Shown in pieces: positions 10,104 to 20,998 of a DNA stretch of 64,000 bases; position 1 is the first letter of the stretch, and each line of letters starts with the position of its first letter. The DNA is from a virus. The notes beneath the pieces were generated by a model, which did no database searches, was not told the DNA's origin, and worked only from the letters and a program-made list of their open reading frames with translations. A program made the position numbers and the translations under genes. The DNA is taken from IMG/VR virus record IMGVR_UViG_3300044970_001685, one strand, 5' to 3'.

Positions 10104-11975
10104 ATGGCGACTCCATTTAGAATTAAACGATCTGCTGTACCAGGAAAGGTTCCTGCCGTAACAGATCTTCAACTAGGCGAATTAGCTCTTAACACGTTTG
10201 ATGCAGATCTTTTTACGTTAAGATCACGTCCTGGCATTGGAACAGATGTCGTCAGAGTCGGTTCGGGTGTAAGCGTTACAAATATTTTATACGTCACAAA
10301 AGACGGAAAGGATACTAATACTGGACTGAAACTTGGAGATGCAAAGGCAACAATTAAAGCGGCAGTTGCCATCGCTTCAACAATACCAGGATCAGTTGTT
10401 AAAGTTTCTGCTGGAACTTATGTAGAAGATAATCCAATTAAACTTGGACCCCAGATCAGTGTGATTGGAGACAGTTTAAGAGAAGTTTCAGTTGTTCCAA
10501 ATAATATAAATCAAGATTTATTCCACGTTGCACCAGGTAACTATGTTGCCGAAATGTCTTATACTGGATCATTGAATGCTGGCAAAGCAATCTTTGCGTT
10601 TGATCCAGATACGATTAGATATTTTTCACAATCACCATACATTCAAAACTGCACAAACTTCATTCCAAATAGTATTGGATTGAAGATTGATGGATCGAAG
10701 GCAATCGGACCATTAAAATCAATGGTTCTTGATTCATATACTCAATACAATCAAAGTGGTGTTGGTGCTTCAATCACTAATGAAGGTTATGCTCAGTTAG
10801 TTTCTCTGTTTACGATTTGTGATGATGTTGCAGTTTTTTGTGGATCTGGCGGTGCTTGCGATCTTACAAACTCTAACTCATCGTTTGGTAACTATGGACT
10901 CGTTGCTGATGGTGTAGGACCTCACAAATACACGGGTATTGTTTCTACTACTGCTGATGCTGGATCAGATACTTTTGTCTTATCTTTTAATTCTTCGTCT
11001 GTTGGTGTTCAGACAGCATCTTATGACAATGTAACTGGAATTTTAACAGTTACAACTTCTTCCAATCACAATTTTAGTGTTGGAATGGGAGTTACTATTT
11101 CTGGACTTGAATTTACTTGTCCATCTGGACCAGGTATTGTAACTTATCCAAGTGGTAATAATGGTTATATTTTTGAAATCAGTTCGGTAGGTGCCGCTAA
11201 TAGTTTTACTACAAATGTTGGACCATCAACTTTATCGCATAGTTATCAAAGTGGTGGTACAGTTGCATTGAATATTATAAGACCTTTTGATGGTCAGGTA
11301 GTTTATTTTGAAGACTTATATTATACAGTTAATAAAATTAATATTACTAATCCTGGAAGTGGATACAATACTCCACCAACAATTACGATTGATGACCCAA
11401 GCACTGTAAGTGATTGGGGAGTTGGTGCTACTGCAGTTGCTGAAATGGTAGGAGGATCTGTTGCTAATATTGAAATGGTCTCAAATGGTAGAGGATACAC
11501 ATCAACTCCAACAGTCACATTCTCCTCTCCTGATGTGGGGATAAATATAGCAACAGGGGCAGCAGAACTACTTCCAACTTATTATTCAATCACTCGTTCA
11601 ACACCAATATCATCGGGAATTTGTACGATTACACTTAATGAGAACGTTCCTTATGCCGTTGGAGTAGGCACAACAGTTCCGTTCTTTAAACAAAGTCGTG
11701 TTCTTGCCTCTGGTCATTCATTTGAGTATATTGGATCAGGAACAAATATTAATGGTGCTCTTCCAGCACAAGGTGGAGTACCTATTCAAGAGAATGAAAC
11801 AGATTCAAGAAATGGAGGACTTGTTGTTTATACAAGCACAGATCAGGCAGGTAACTTCCGAATCGGTGATGGTGTTCAAATTAATCAGGTTACAGGAACT
11901 ATTTCTGGTACATTTTATTCCAAGAGTTTGTTTGCCACAATGACACCATTTATTCTAGCATTAGGAGGAGATTAA
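10104..11975 (+). CDS. Virion fibre/structural protein with beta-helix-like region
   Basis: RIKRSAVPGKVP...LGELALNT fibre N-terminus; LYVTKDG.D...ATIKAA; GSGY repeats; C-terminal ILALGGD. Confidence 0.75.
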   Translation: MATPFRIKRSAVPGKVPAVTDLQLGELALNTFDADLFTLRSRPGIGTDVVRVGSGVSVTNILYVTKDGKDTNTGLKLGDAKATIKAAVAIASTIPGSVVKVSAGTYVEDNPIKLGPQISVIGDSLREVSVVPNNINQDLFHVAPGNYVAEMSYTGSLNAGKAIFAFDPDTIRYFSQSPYIQNCTNFIPNSIGLKIDGSKAIGPLKSMVLDSYTQYNQSGVGASITNEGYAQLVSLFTICDDVAVFCGSGGACDLTNSNSSFGNYGLVADGVGPHKYTGIVSTTADAGSDTFVLSFNSSSVGVQTASYDNVTGILTVTTSSNHNFSVGMGVTISGLEFTCPSGPGIVTYPSGNNGYIFEISSVGAANSFTTNVGPSTLSHSYQSGGTVALNIIRPFDGQVVYFEDLYYTVNKINITNPGSGYNTPPTITIDDPSTVSDWGVGATAVAEMVGGSVANIEMVSNGRGYTSTPTVTFSSPDVGINIATGAAELLPTYYSITRSTPISSGICTITLNENVPYAVGVGTTVPFFKQSRVLASGHSFEYIGSGTNINGALPAQGGVPIQENETDSRNGGLVVYTSTDQAGNFRIGDGVQINQVTGTISGTFYSKSLFATMTPFILALGGD

Positions 11976-11978
11976 AAA

Positions 11979-12320
11979 ATGCCATTACCATTAAACGTAT
12001 ATCAAACAGTTACAAGAGTTGTTGATACCAATACAGTCGGAATTTATACTGCACCAGTAGGATATAGTGGAATTATTCTATTGGCACAGGCTGCAAATAT
12101 TGGTAGTCAGACTCATACTGTTTCATTCTCACATAAGAGAACAGTTGCTGGTATTGCAGTGACTACTGAAATTGTAAAAGATTTGCCTATACCTGCAAAT
12201 GATTCTACAAATCTTTTGTTTGGTAAATTAATTCTTGAAACAGGTGACTCTATTCAGATTAGTTCTGATAGTGCCACCAATGTAAAATTCATCGGAAGCA
12301 TCCTAGAAACACTTAACTAA
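11979..12320 (+). CDS. Small beta-sandwich virion 'cap' protein (paralogue 1)
   Basis: IYTAP...AN...LILETGD...SILE pattern shared with 16252, 26751, 63570. Confidence 0.7.
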   Translation: MPLPLNVYQTVTRVVDTNTVGIYTAPVGYSGIILLAQAANIGSQTHTVSFSHKRTVAGIAVTTEIVKDLPIPANDSTNLLFGKLILETGDSIQISSDSATNVKFIGSILETLN

Positions 12321-12328
12321 TATCAGAA

Positions 12329-15300
12329 ATGTCCCAACCATATAAGAGCGGTAGACAACAGAATCTCAATCTTGGTATTACCTCAGTTACCGAGAATCGC
12401 ACAGTCTTACAGACAATCGGTAAGGTTGGGATTGGAACAACAAACGCACAAAACCACTCTTTGTTTGTTGTTGGGTCAACAAATATTGCTGGTGACATTA
12501 ATGTAGGTGGAGCATCTACATTTGTTGGTGTTGGAACATTCAGAGATAGTCTATATGTTCAAAATCAACTTTATGTTGGTGGTGTAAGTATTACTGGTGG
12601 GGCTTCAATTGGTGAAGACATCACTACAAGAAATCTTTTAGCATCTGGTATATCAACATTCAATGGTTCAATTGATGCAAATGCTGGTCTTGATGTTGTC
12701 AATGGGACTACATTAGACAATTTAAATGTAACTGGTATTGCCACAATTCAAAACCTGAACGTTCAGAGTGGTTTTGATGTTTATGATACTCAGGCAGTAT
12801 TCCATAGCAATGTTCGTATTGATGGAAATCTGAGTATTGGTGGAACTACAACAGTTATTAGTGCTCAAGACTTAAAGATCTTTGATAAAGAAATCACTCT
12901 TGGTATCACAACTGATGCTTTTGGTAATGATGTTTCAACTGATGTAACTGCAAACCATGGCGGTATTGCGATTGCCTCCACTGAAGGTTCTCCACTTGTA
13001 GATTTAACTCTTGCAGGATTTAGTAGTTTACCAACAACTTATAAGCAGTTGATGTGGGTTGCTGCAAACTCTTATGGGTTTGGAACAACTGATGCTTGGA
13101 TGTTTAACTATGCAGTTGGTATCGGATCAACTCTGATTCCAAATGGAGTTCGTTTTGCAGTTAAGGAAATTCAGTTTACTGATAATGCAATCAGTGCTCC
13201 TAATCTGAATCTTTCAAATAATCTAAATGTTTCTGGTATTACCACTCTCGCTTCAAATGGTGGTATTACTACAACTGGTGGTGATCTCTATGTTGGTGGA
13301 GATCTTTATGTAAAGGATGATATTTTCTTTGATGAGTTTAATGCTCGTAATGCGGTCCTCTCTGGAAATCTAAGTGTTGCGGGTGTTTCCACATTCACTG
13401 GATTAATTGATTCGAATGGTGGTTTAGATGTAACAGGTCATACTGAACTTGATAATGTTAATATTTCTGGTGTTTCTACATTTGCTGGACTTATAGATGC
13501 AAATGGTGGAGCAACAATTGATAATATTAGAATCGGTATTGCAGATGATAATGAAATTGATACTTCTACTGGAAACTTAACACTTGACTCTGCTGGTGGA
13601 ACAGTTACCATTGATGACCAATTAACTGTCACTGGCACTTCTAGATTTGAAAGTAGTGTATATCTTCTTGATAGTGTTAATCTTTATATTGGTAATGGTA
13701 ATGATTTAAGACTTTATCACGATGGAGTTGATAGTTACATTATTGATCAGGGAACTGGAAACCTTAACATTTATGGTGATAATGATGTTTCTATTAAGAA
13801 CACTGCTGGAACTGAATTTAAGGCAAGATTTATTACAAACGGAGCAGTAGAACTCTACTACGACAATTCTAAGAAATTTGAAACACTTGGAGTTGGCGCT
13901 ACTGTAACTGGAACTACCTTTACAAATCAGTTAAGTGTCTCTGGTGTTTCTACATTCCAGAATGATGTAAAACTTGTTGATAATGCAGATTTATATTTCG
14001 GTGATGGAAATGATTTAAGAATTTTCCATAATGGTTTTGATAGTTTCATTCAAGATATTGGAACTGGAAATCTCTTTATTGATGCATCTAACACTTATTA
14101 TAGAGCTGGCACACACTTTATCCAAAATTCTAGTTCATCAGAAAATCTTGCAGTTTTCACTTCAAATGGTTCAGTAGCACTTTATTATGATAATGTAAAA
14201 ACATTTGAAACTTCTGGTATTGGTGCAACCGTCTATGGGACACTTAATACAACTCAACTGAATGCGACTGGAATTGTAACTGGATCTTCCTTCCGTCCAA
14301 GCACAGGATATTATCAGTCTGCAAACGGAACCAATGCATTCTATGTTTATGACGGAACTGGTAATGTAGCATTCCAAGGTACTATTGGTGTTGGTCAGAT
14401 TAATAGTGGTCAGGGATATCAGGCAATTAACTTATCTTCTGACACTAAACCAACAGTAACCTTCATTGATAATGGTATCTTTAATGGTGTAGTCACTGCT
14501 CGTCAATTTGTTGGTGATATTAGTGCTGGTGTTGCAACTATTACCAACGCCAATATTACTAATCTTAGTGGTACGAACCTTAATTATACTGGTATTGGTA
14601 CTATTGATGGAGTTACAATTTCAAGTGGTATTGTAACTTCTTCTCAACCAGGAGTAACCACAGTTAAGTATTATGGTGATGGTTCGAACCTGATTGGTGT
14701 TAATGCATTTAATGTTGTCAATCAAATTCTGAGTGCATCACCTGTTTATCCAACCTTTGCTAACAGTATTGGCGTTACTTCAATTGGTATTGCCGATACT
14801 GAGATGGGATTTATTCCTACGTCAGGAAATCTTGGTATTGGTTCAACAAATCCAACAGCAAAATTACAAGTTGTTGGTGATGTTTTAGTTTCTGGTGTTG
14901 CCACTGCAAGACAGTTTGTTGGTGATGTAAATGCTGGAATTGCAACAATTAACAAACTTGATGTAAATCAAATTTCACCTGATGGAATTGATTTTGGTGG
15001 TGCCCAATATATTCTAAGAGCAACTGGTACTGGCACTTGGGAATGGGCATCTATTCCTGGTATTTTCTCTGTTAATAATATCCTGAATGGATTTAATGTA
15101 TATGATGAAGGTAGTGTAGTAGGAACTGCTGGAAGCATTACGACTCTTGATTTCAGAGGCAATAACATCATTGCTTCTGCTGATCCTGCTCCTAATGGTA
15201 TTGCTACCGTTAGAGTTTCTGATACACCAACTTTTGATAGTCTAGTAGTCACTGGTATTACAACATTAGGAGTTACGACTTCTACTTCGTTATTTGGAAC

Positions 15301-16246
15301 TCAGGCTAGTTTTACTGGGAATGTAACTTCACCACAATTTATTGGTACTGCATCGACAGCATCATTTGCAACAACTGCATTTACATTGAATGGTATTGTT
15401 GAAAGTAGTTTGAATGTTGCATATGCTAGAAATGCTGGCATTGCCACTTATGCTTCTCTGGCAGGTATATCGACTTATAGTGAAAGTGCAGGTTATGCAA
15501 CTACTGCTGGTATTGCAACAGTTGCACAAAACCTGACAGGAAATCCAAGCATTACTGTAACGAATCTTACTGCATTAGGAAATGTAAGTATTGCAGGAAC
15601 ATTAACTTATGAAGATGTAACTAATGTTGATTCTATTGGAGTCATTACTGCTAGAAGTGATGTTAGAGTTGGTGGTAATCTATCAGTTGTTGGAATCACT
15701 ACACTTGCTTCTGCTGGTGGGATCACAACAACTGGTGGTGATCTTTATGTTGGTAATGATTTATACTTTAACGGAAGTTTTTATCAGAATGGTCAGTTAT
15801 TTACCTCTGGCATTGGTATTGGATCTACTTCTGTAAATCCTGGTTCTGGACTTATTAACCAAAGAATTGGTATTGGATTCACCGATATTAATATTGTTGG
15901 TACTGGCATTAGTGTTACTGGTTATGGCAGCACCGTTGTTATTGATTTTGGTAATATTGCTGCTGCAAGTGGTGGTGCTTTAAGTATTTCCACTGTCACA
16001 AGTCCACGTATTCAGGACGTTTCTTTTGTTGGTGGAGCATCAACTTCAATCATTGGTATTTCTACATTTACGGATCGTTTTGTTTATGATACTCAAACTG
16101 GAAGTGTTGGTATTGGAACTTCTGGATCTTCGATTCCATCATACAAACTGGATGTAAATGGAGATATAAATAGTTCAACATCAGTGAAGATTAAGGGTGT
16201 AGATGTACTTGAAGAAGCAGTCAGACTGGCAATTGCATTCGGATGA
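12329..16246 (+). CDS. Long tail-fibre-like protein (1305 aa)
   Basis: VGIGT/GVSTF/LNVTG fibre repeats; two DLR.YH.G...VELYYDN.K.FET domains; C-terminal LAIAFG. Confidence 0.85.
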   Translation: MSQPYKSGRQQNLNLGITSVTENRTVLQTIGKVGIGTTNAQNHSLFVVGSTNIAGDINVGGASTFVGVGTFRDSLYVQNQLYVGGVSITGGASIGEDITTRNLLASGISTFNGSIDANAGLDVVNGTTLDNLNVTGIATIQNLNVQSGFDVYDTQAVFHSNVRIDGNLSIGGTTTVISAQDLKIFDKEITLGITTDAFGNDVSTDVTANHGGIAIASTEGSPLVDLTLAGFSSLPTTYKQLMWVAANSYGFGTTDAWMFNYAVGIGSTLIPNGVRFAVKEIQFTDNAISAPNLNLSNNLNVSGITTLASNGGITTTGGDLYVGGDLYVKDDIFFDEFNARNAVLSGNLSVAGVSTFTGLIDSNGGLDVTGHTELDNVNISGVSTFAGLIDANGGATIDNIRIGIADDNEIDTSTGNLTLDSAGGTVTIDDQLTVTGTSRFESSVYLLDSVNLYIGNGNDLRLYHDGVDSYIIDQGTGNLNIYGDNDVSIKNTAGTEFKARFITNGAVELYYDNSKKFETLGVGATVTGTTFTNQLSVSGVSTFQNDVKLVDNADLYFGDGNDLRIFHNGFDSFIQDIGTGNLFIDASNTYYRAGTHFIQNSSSSENLAVFTSNGSVALYYDNVKTFETSGIGATVYGTLNTTQLNATGIVTGSSFRPSTGYYQSANGTNAFYVYDGTGNVAFQGTIGVGQINSGQGYQAINLSSDTKPTVTFIDNGIFNGVVTARQFVGDISAGVATITNANITNLSGTNLNYTGIGTIDGVTISSGIVTSSQPGVTTVKYYGDGSNLIGVNAFNVVNQILSASPVYPTFANSIGVTSIGIADTEMGFIPTSGNLGIGSTNPTAKLQVVGDVLVSGVATARQFVGDVNAGIATINKLDVNQISPDGIDFGGAQYILRATGTGTWEWASIPGIFSVNNILNGFNVYDEGSVVGTAGSITTLDFRGNNIIASADPAPNGIATVRVSDTPTFDSLVVTGITTLGVTTSTSLFGTQASFTGNVTSPQFIGTASTASFATTAFTLNGIVESSLNVAYARNAGIATYASLAGISTYSESAGYATTAGIATVAQNLTGNPSITVTNLTALGNVSIAGTLTYEDVTNVDSIGVITARSDVRVGGNLSVVGITTLASAGGITTTGGDLYVGNDLYFNGSFYQNGQLFTSGIGIGSTSVNPGSGLINQRIGIGFTDINIVGTGISVTGYGSTVVIDFGNIAAASGGALSISTVTSPRIQDVSFVGGASTSIIGISTFTDRFVYDTQTGSVGIGTSGSSIPSYKLDVNGDINSSTSVKIKGVDVLEEAVRLAIAFG

Positions 16247-16251
16247 TATAA

Positions 16252-16578
16252 ATGGCTAATACTTTTAAACTTAAAACAAAAGCAAATGTAGGAGTTGCAA
16301 CGGTTGCTGTCTATACCGTTCCCGCAGCAACTACAACCACTGTGATTGGTATCACTCTTGCCAATATTTCTGGTTCTGGTATCAATGTTGGTGTTGGTGT
16401 GAGTAGAGTTGGTGCAGATAGTATCAAACTTTTGAAAAATGCACCTGTTCCTCAGGGATCAACTTTGGAATTTATGCAAGGAAATAAGATTATATTAGAA
16501 GCAACTGATACGCTCACAGTACAAAGTGATACAAATAGTAGTTTAGATGTAAGTGTCAATATCTTGGAGATGACATAA
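16252..16578 (+). CDS. Small beta-sandwich virion 'cap' protein (paralogue 2)
   Basis: MANTFK...VYTVPAATTT.VIG..LAN...KIILEATD...ILEMT. Confidence 0.75.
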   Translation: MANTFKLKTKANVGVATVAVYTVPAATTTTVIGITLANISGSGINVGVGVSRVGADSIKLLKNAPVPQGSTLEFMQGNKIILEATDTLTVQSDTNSSLDVSVNILEMT

Positions 16579-16579
16579 A

Positions 16580-17047
16580 ATGCCACTTACCAGGGTACAA
16601 TCTGGAATAATTACAAGTACATTAAATTTTGCTGCTACAAGTCTGAATGCGACAGGAATTGGTACTATTGGTATTGCTTCTGCCACAAGTATTAATGCGA
16701 CAGGTGTTGTAACGGCATCCTCATTTGTTGGTAATGTATCTGCTACAAGTATTAATGCAACAGGCGTTGTAACGGCATCCTCATTTGTTGGTGATGGATC
16801 TCAACTTACGGGTGTAAGTGGATTTGCAACAGCACTTTCTCCAATTCAATCATCACCACTTTTTCAAGTTTTTAAAACTTCAAAAGAACTTAGAATTGGT
16901 GCAGGAACTTCTGTGAGTATTGAAGTTGGATCTGATGAAGGTAATGTTGCATTCACCAGAGCGGGTGATATTGTTGTTGCCTCTGGTGCGACTTTTAGAA
17001 TCGCGTCGGGAACTACTTTACAAACTAATGTTCTTGGACTCTTTTAG
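16580..17047 (+). CDS. Short fibre segment
   Basis: GVVTASSFVGDGS.LTG fibre motif. Confidence 0.7.
   Translation: MPLTRVQSGIITSTLNFAATSLNATGIGTIGIASATSINATGVVTASSFVGNVSATSINATGVVTASSFVGDGSQLTGVSGFATALSPIQSSPLFQVFKTSKELRIGAGTSVSIEVGSDEGNVAFTRAGDIVVASGATFRIASGTTLQTNVLGLF
16679..16800 (+). repeat. 60-bp in-frame tandem duplication
   Basis: Lines 16681 and 16741 are nearly identical (SATSINATGVVTASSFVG twice). Confidence 0.9.
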
Positions 17048-17055
17048 GTAGAACT

Positions 17056-17397
17056 ATGGCACTTTCAAGAATTACAAAAGTTGGTGGTAACTCTCTTGAA
17101 GATCCGTTGAACTTTGCAGGCGGTATTCAAGGAACCGAAGCGACTTTTAGTGGTATTGTTACCGCTGCATCATTTGTTGGTTCTGGTGCAGGACTGACTG
17201 GAATCACGGGAGGTGCTTCACAGGTTTATGACAGCACCGTATTTGCTTATCAGAATGTTGTAGAATCTAATATTACTGTTGCGCTACCTTATAAGACAGC
17301 AACGATTTATACTGATCCAGATGTGACTGTTGATATTGAGTCTGGTGTCCAGTTAAGTATTGATAATGGTTGTGTTCTGAATATTATAGACATATGA
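17056..17397 (+). CDS. Short fibre segment with C-terminal connector
   Basis: GIVTAASFVGSGAGLTG; C-terminal VDIESGVQLSIDNGCVLNI. Confidence 0.7.
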   Translation: MALSRITKVGGNSLEDPLNFAGGIQGTEATFSGIVTAASFVGSGAGLTGITGGASQVYDSTVFAYQNVVESNITVALPYKTATIYTDPDVTVDIESGVQLSIDNGCVLNIIDI

Positions 17398-17591
17398 CAC
17401 TTCCGATTTATTTTACTGATAATACTTATAGAACCGTACAAAAGAATGTGGTAGAAACTAATATCACATTAGAATTGCCTTATAAGACTGGTTTTATTCA
17501 GGCAGACTCTGAAAATAATACCGTTGACATTGAACCTGGTATTGAGTTAAGTATTAATGATGGTTGTATTTTAATCATAACAGAAAACTAA
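17394..17591 (+). CDS. Stand-alone copy of the preceding gene's C-terminal connector domain
   Basis: NVVETNITLELPYKT...VDIEPGIELSINDGCILII; ATGA overlap. Confidence 0.65.
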   Translation: MTLPIYFTDNTYRTVQKNVVETNITLELPYKTGFIQADSENNTVDIEPGIELSINDGCILIITEN

Positions 17592-17618
17592 TCTAAATAA
17601 CTAAAAAGTAAGTTCAAG

Positions 17619-18503
17619 ATGTCAACATTAAGAGTAGACAATATTAAATCAAGAACTGGAAGTACAGTTACGATTCCAGAATCTAATACTCTTGCAGTGA
17701 CTGGTATTGCTTCTATTTCTGGAAATACTAATGTTTCTGGATCTTTGAATGTTACTGGTGCTCTGAATGTAACTGGAAGTGGAACTGTTAATACCAGTGG
17801 TATTATGACCTGTGGTGGTCTTACTGTTAATGGCAATATGACAGTAGATGGGACCACTACCACTATTAGTTCTGTAAATCTGGTTGTAGAAGATAAGAAT
17901 ATTGGTATTGGAACTACTACTTCACCATCAAATACCACAGCAGATGGTGGTGGTATTACAATCTTTGGTGGTTCTGATGGAGATAAGACTTTAACTTGGA
18001 ATAGCAACTCTGATGCATTTGCTTTCAGCAATGGTGTTGACATTAGAGGTGCTGTTGAAACTGTAAGCACGGCATCAACTTATGCAATCAGTGGATCAAC
18101 AAATGTTATCTTAGAGTGTGATGCTCATAACGGAACGGTATTTACTCATAGTCTTGCAAATGGGCAGGTTGGTATTGTTTCACTCAGAGACTTCGCAGTT
18201 ACAAAGAACTCTCTGACGACTTATACTATTATCTTTACTCAAAATGCAACTGGAACTGGAAACACGACAGGATCCACTGGTATTGGAACAAATATTTTCT
18301 TAAAACCTTATAATGTTGCTGGATTCTCAACTTCGGCAAGAGTTTCTAGTGGAAGCACTGTAACTATTTCATCAACTGCAAATGATGTTGATATTGTCAG
18401 TCTTGCAGTTCATTATAATGGTGGGTCAACAGGAACTGTTGGAAACTATATTGTATATGCTACTGACAATGGCAACTTCAGATACGGTGGTGTAAGACCA
18501 TAA
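17619..18503 (+). CDS. Short fibre/adaptor with C-terminal 'socket B' domain
   Basis: MSTLRVDNIK start; ETVS..LE.D..N.T.FTH...IGIVS domain shared with 31499 and 36720. Confidence 0.75.
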   Translation: MSTLRVDNIKSRTGSTVTIPESNTLAVTGIASISGNTNVSGSLNVTGALNVTGSGTVNTSGIMTCGGLTVNGNMTVDGTTTTISSVNLVVEDKNIGIGTTTSPSNTTADGGGITIFGGSDGDKTLTWNSNSDAFAFSNGVDIRGAVETVSTASTYAISGSTNVILECDAHNGTVFTHSLANGQVGIVSLRDFAVTKNSLTTYTIIFTQNATGTGNTTGSTGIGTNIFLKPYNVAGFSTSARVSSGSTVTISSTANDVDIVSLAVHYNGGSTGTVGNYIVYATDNGNFRYGGVRP

Positions 18504-18518
18504 TAGGAGGACTGGATC

Positions 18519-19598
18519 ATGTTTGAATGGCATAAGAAAGAAAAACCAGTCTTTACTGGTATTGCAAGAGGTGTTGGTGGATTTGGGTTTGGTGGAGCTG
18601 CTGCTGCAGTAGGTATTTCTGCTCCTTCTGTATTTTCTGCGTCAGGTGGAACAAATACTATAGCAGGGATAACTCCGGGAAATGGTTATAGATATCATGT
18701 TTTTCTTTCACCAGGAAATTTTGTTGTAGATGGAGGATCTAAAAATATTGATGTTTTAATTGTTGCTGGTGGTGGTGGTGCTGCTAATCCACTTGCTGCT
18801 GGTGGTGGTGCAGGAGGTATTGTTAGGCATAGTTCATATGTAGTGACAGCAGGAACATATCCTATTGGAGTAGGAAATTCTGGACAGGGTGCTGCTCAAA
18901 CTACTCCTGCTGGTGGTCCAACAGGAAGAAAGGGATCACCTTCTACTGCTTTTGGAATGGTTGCAGATGGTGGAGGTGGTGGTGGTCCGTATGATGGTGT
19001 CGTGCCAAATATGCCGGAACATTCTGGTGGATCTGGTGGTGGAGGCAGAACATATACCGGAGAACCAACATACACCCCAGGATTTATAGGAGGAACAGGA
19101 ACACAACCAACGCTCAATGTTCCATTTACACCAAGTCCATTCTTTTCTCAATACGGAAATCCTGGTGGTACCGGTGGATCTGATCCAAAAGGTGCTGGTG
19201 GCGGTGGTGCTGGATCTGCTGGCAGTCCAGCTGCTGGGCAATCTGGGAATGGACCTGGTGGAGCAGGACAACCATTTCCAGCATTTGCTGCTCCATTAAT
19301 TTCTCCAGAAATTCCTGTTCCTGTGCAACCACTTTGGATTCCTGCTGTTGGGCCAACTGGTCTGTATGGCGGTGGTGGTGGTGGAGGAGGAAGAAACGAG
19401 ACCGACCCAAATGGAGGTATTGGAGGACCTGGAGGCGGTGGAAATGGATCTCCTTCTCCTGTAAATATAAATGGATGTGGAACACCTGGAATTAAATATA
19501 CCGGAGGAGGTGGAGGATCTGGATCTTATACTGGTTGTGGAAATGTGCCAGCAGCATCAGGTGGAGATGGTATAGTTATTATTAGATATCAAATTTGA
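18519..19598 (+). CDS. Glycine/proline-rich protein 1 (putative polyglycine adhesin)
   Basis: ASGG...YHVF...LIVAGGGG...GDGIVIIRY. Confidence 0.75.
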   Translation: MFEWHKKEKPVFTGIARGVGGFGFGGAAAAVGISAPSVFSASGGTNTIAGITPGNGYRYHVFLSPGNFVVDGGSKNIDVLIVAGGGGAANPLAAGGGAGGIVRHSSYVVTAGTYPIGVGNSGQGAAQTTPAGGPTGRKGSPSTAFGMVADGGGGGGPYDGVVPNMPEHSGGSGGGGRTYTGEPTYTPGFIGGTGTQPTLNVPFTPSPFFSQYGNPGGTGGSDPKGAGGGGAGSAGSPAAGQSGNGPGGAGQPFPAFAAPLISPEIPVPVQPLWIPAVGPTGLYGGGGGGGGRNETDPNGGIGGPGGGGNGSPSPVNINGCGTPGIKYTGGGGGSGSYTGCGNVPAASGGDGIVIIRYQI

Positions 19599-19623
19599 CA
19601 CTTTCCATAATCTCATATATAAT
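19595..19623 (+). promoter_or_regulatory. Consensus sigma70 promoter for the oxygenase cluster
   Basis: TTGACA-17-TATAAT; the -35 overlaps the upstream stop codon. Confidence 0.85.
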
Positions 19624-19646
19624 GAAAATGAATACATTATTCAAAT

Positions 19647-20267
19647 ATGGCATTTCAATCAATTTGGTATTTTTCTGATCTACCAGAAGATGTAGTAGAT
19701 CTCATCGAACGAGACCTTTCAGAAAAGTTCGAAGAGCAAATGGCAGACTCCCGACTTCATGGAGATGCCCTAAACAAAGATAAACGAAACTCACAAAACG
19801 CTTGGATTCCAACCACACATTGGGTTGGTGGATTTGTATGGCACTATATTGAACGCGCAAACCGCGAGAACTTCCTCTATGACCTTCGTTGTATTGATGG
19901 TGAATCAATGCAGTTTACGAAGTATAGTGAAGGGCAATTCTATGGTTGGCATAATGACGCAGGACTTGCAACTCAATACAAACCAGTAAGCGTCGGTAAT
20001 CGTCAAGATGGACTGGCACAAGATTTCTTGAATGAGAATATTGAACTTGTGCGTAAACTTTCATTTGTGGTTCAACTGTCAGACCCCGATGATTATGAAG
20101 GTGGAAACTTGCAACTGCTTGATGAGTCAGGTAATAGTTATATTGCTCCTCGTAAGCGTGGCACTGTCATTCTATTTGATTCTCGCACACAACATAGAGT
20201 TCTAAAAGTTACAAAAGGAACCCGTAAATCCCTTGTTGGATGGACGGTTGGACCCCGCTGGAAGTGA
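19647..20267 (+). CDS. 2OG-Fe(II) oxygenase (prolyl 4-hydroxylase-like)
   Basis: WHND...RKLS...YEGG.L...H.V..VTKGTR.SLVGW. Confidence 0.92.
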   Translation: MAFQSIWYFSDLPEDVVDLIERDLSEKFEEQMADSRLHGDALNKDKRNSQNAWIPTTHWVGGFVWHYIERANRENFLYDLRCIDGESMQFTKYSEGQFYGWHNDAGLATQYKPVSVGNRQDGLAQDFLNENIELVRKLSFVVQLSDPDDYEGGNLQLLDESGNSYIAPRKRGTVILFDSRTQHRVLKVTKGTRKSLVGWTVGPRWK

Positions 20268-20275
20268 GGTAAATT

Positions 20276-20998
20276 ATGGCAGAACAAATGAGCGAACTAG
20301 ATCTAATGATGCAGGAACGTAGAAATACGGGAACTGCTTGGACTCGTAATGAGTCTTTTGAGAAGAATGGATATTTAGTGATTAAAAATTTATGGGATCA
20401 AGAAGAACTTTATCACCCCGTACCAGAAGAGCGTGGACAGATGAACTGGTGGGGTAAAAAGATGGACCAGTTTACCTATACACCAGTAGAGCAACAGGTT
20501 GAAGGTTCACTTGCACGTTATTGGCATCCACAATACCGTCAGATTCACTGTGGTGTTCGTATGAAACTTGAAGAAGCACTGGGTCGAAAACTTTATAATA
20601 CTTATTATTATGATAGATACTACTTCCCAGGGCAGGAACTTACCCGTCACGCAGACCGTGATGCTTGTGAGATTTCTGTGACGGTTCATATCAGTACCAA
20701 CCTGGAAGGAAAGGATGCTGATTGGCCCATCTGGATCAAAACTCCTGATACTTATGCAGATAAGAAGAGGACACAAGTATTAGTTCCTGGTGAAAATCGT
20801 TCTGTAATTCTCAAAGCAGGTGATGGGATGGTTTATAAAGGTTGTGAACGCCCACATTGGAGAGACCCAATGCCTGGTGCAAAGAAGAGTAAGAAACTGT
20901 TTGGTAAGAGTGCTGACCTTTATTATCATCAAATCTTCTTCCATTATGTCCTACAAGATGGACAACGTGCTCACTGTGCTTGGGATAGGGCACGATGA
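20276..20998 (+). CDS. 2OG-Fe(II) oxygenase-like protein
   Basis: RHADRDACEIS...GDG..Y.G...HWR...Q.FFHYV. Confidence 0.85.
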   Translation: MAEQMSELDLMMQERRNTGTAWTRNESFEKNGYLVIKNLWDQEELYHPVPEERGQMNWWGKKMDQFTYTPVEQQVEGSLARYWHPQYRQIHCGVRMKLEEALGRKLYNTYYYDRYYFPGQELTRHADRDACEISVTVHISTNLEGKDADWPIWIKTPDTYADKKRTQVLVPGENRSVILKAGDGMVYKGCERPHWRDPMPGAKKSKKLFGKSADLYYHQIFFHYVLQDGQRAHCAWDRAR

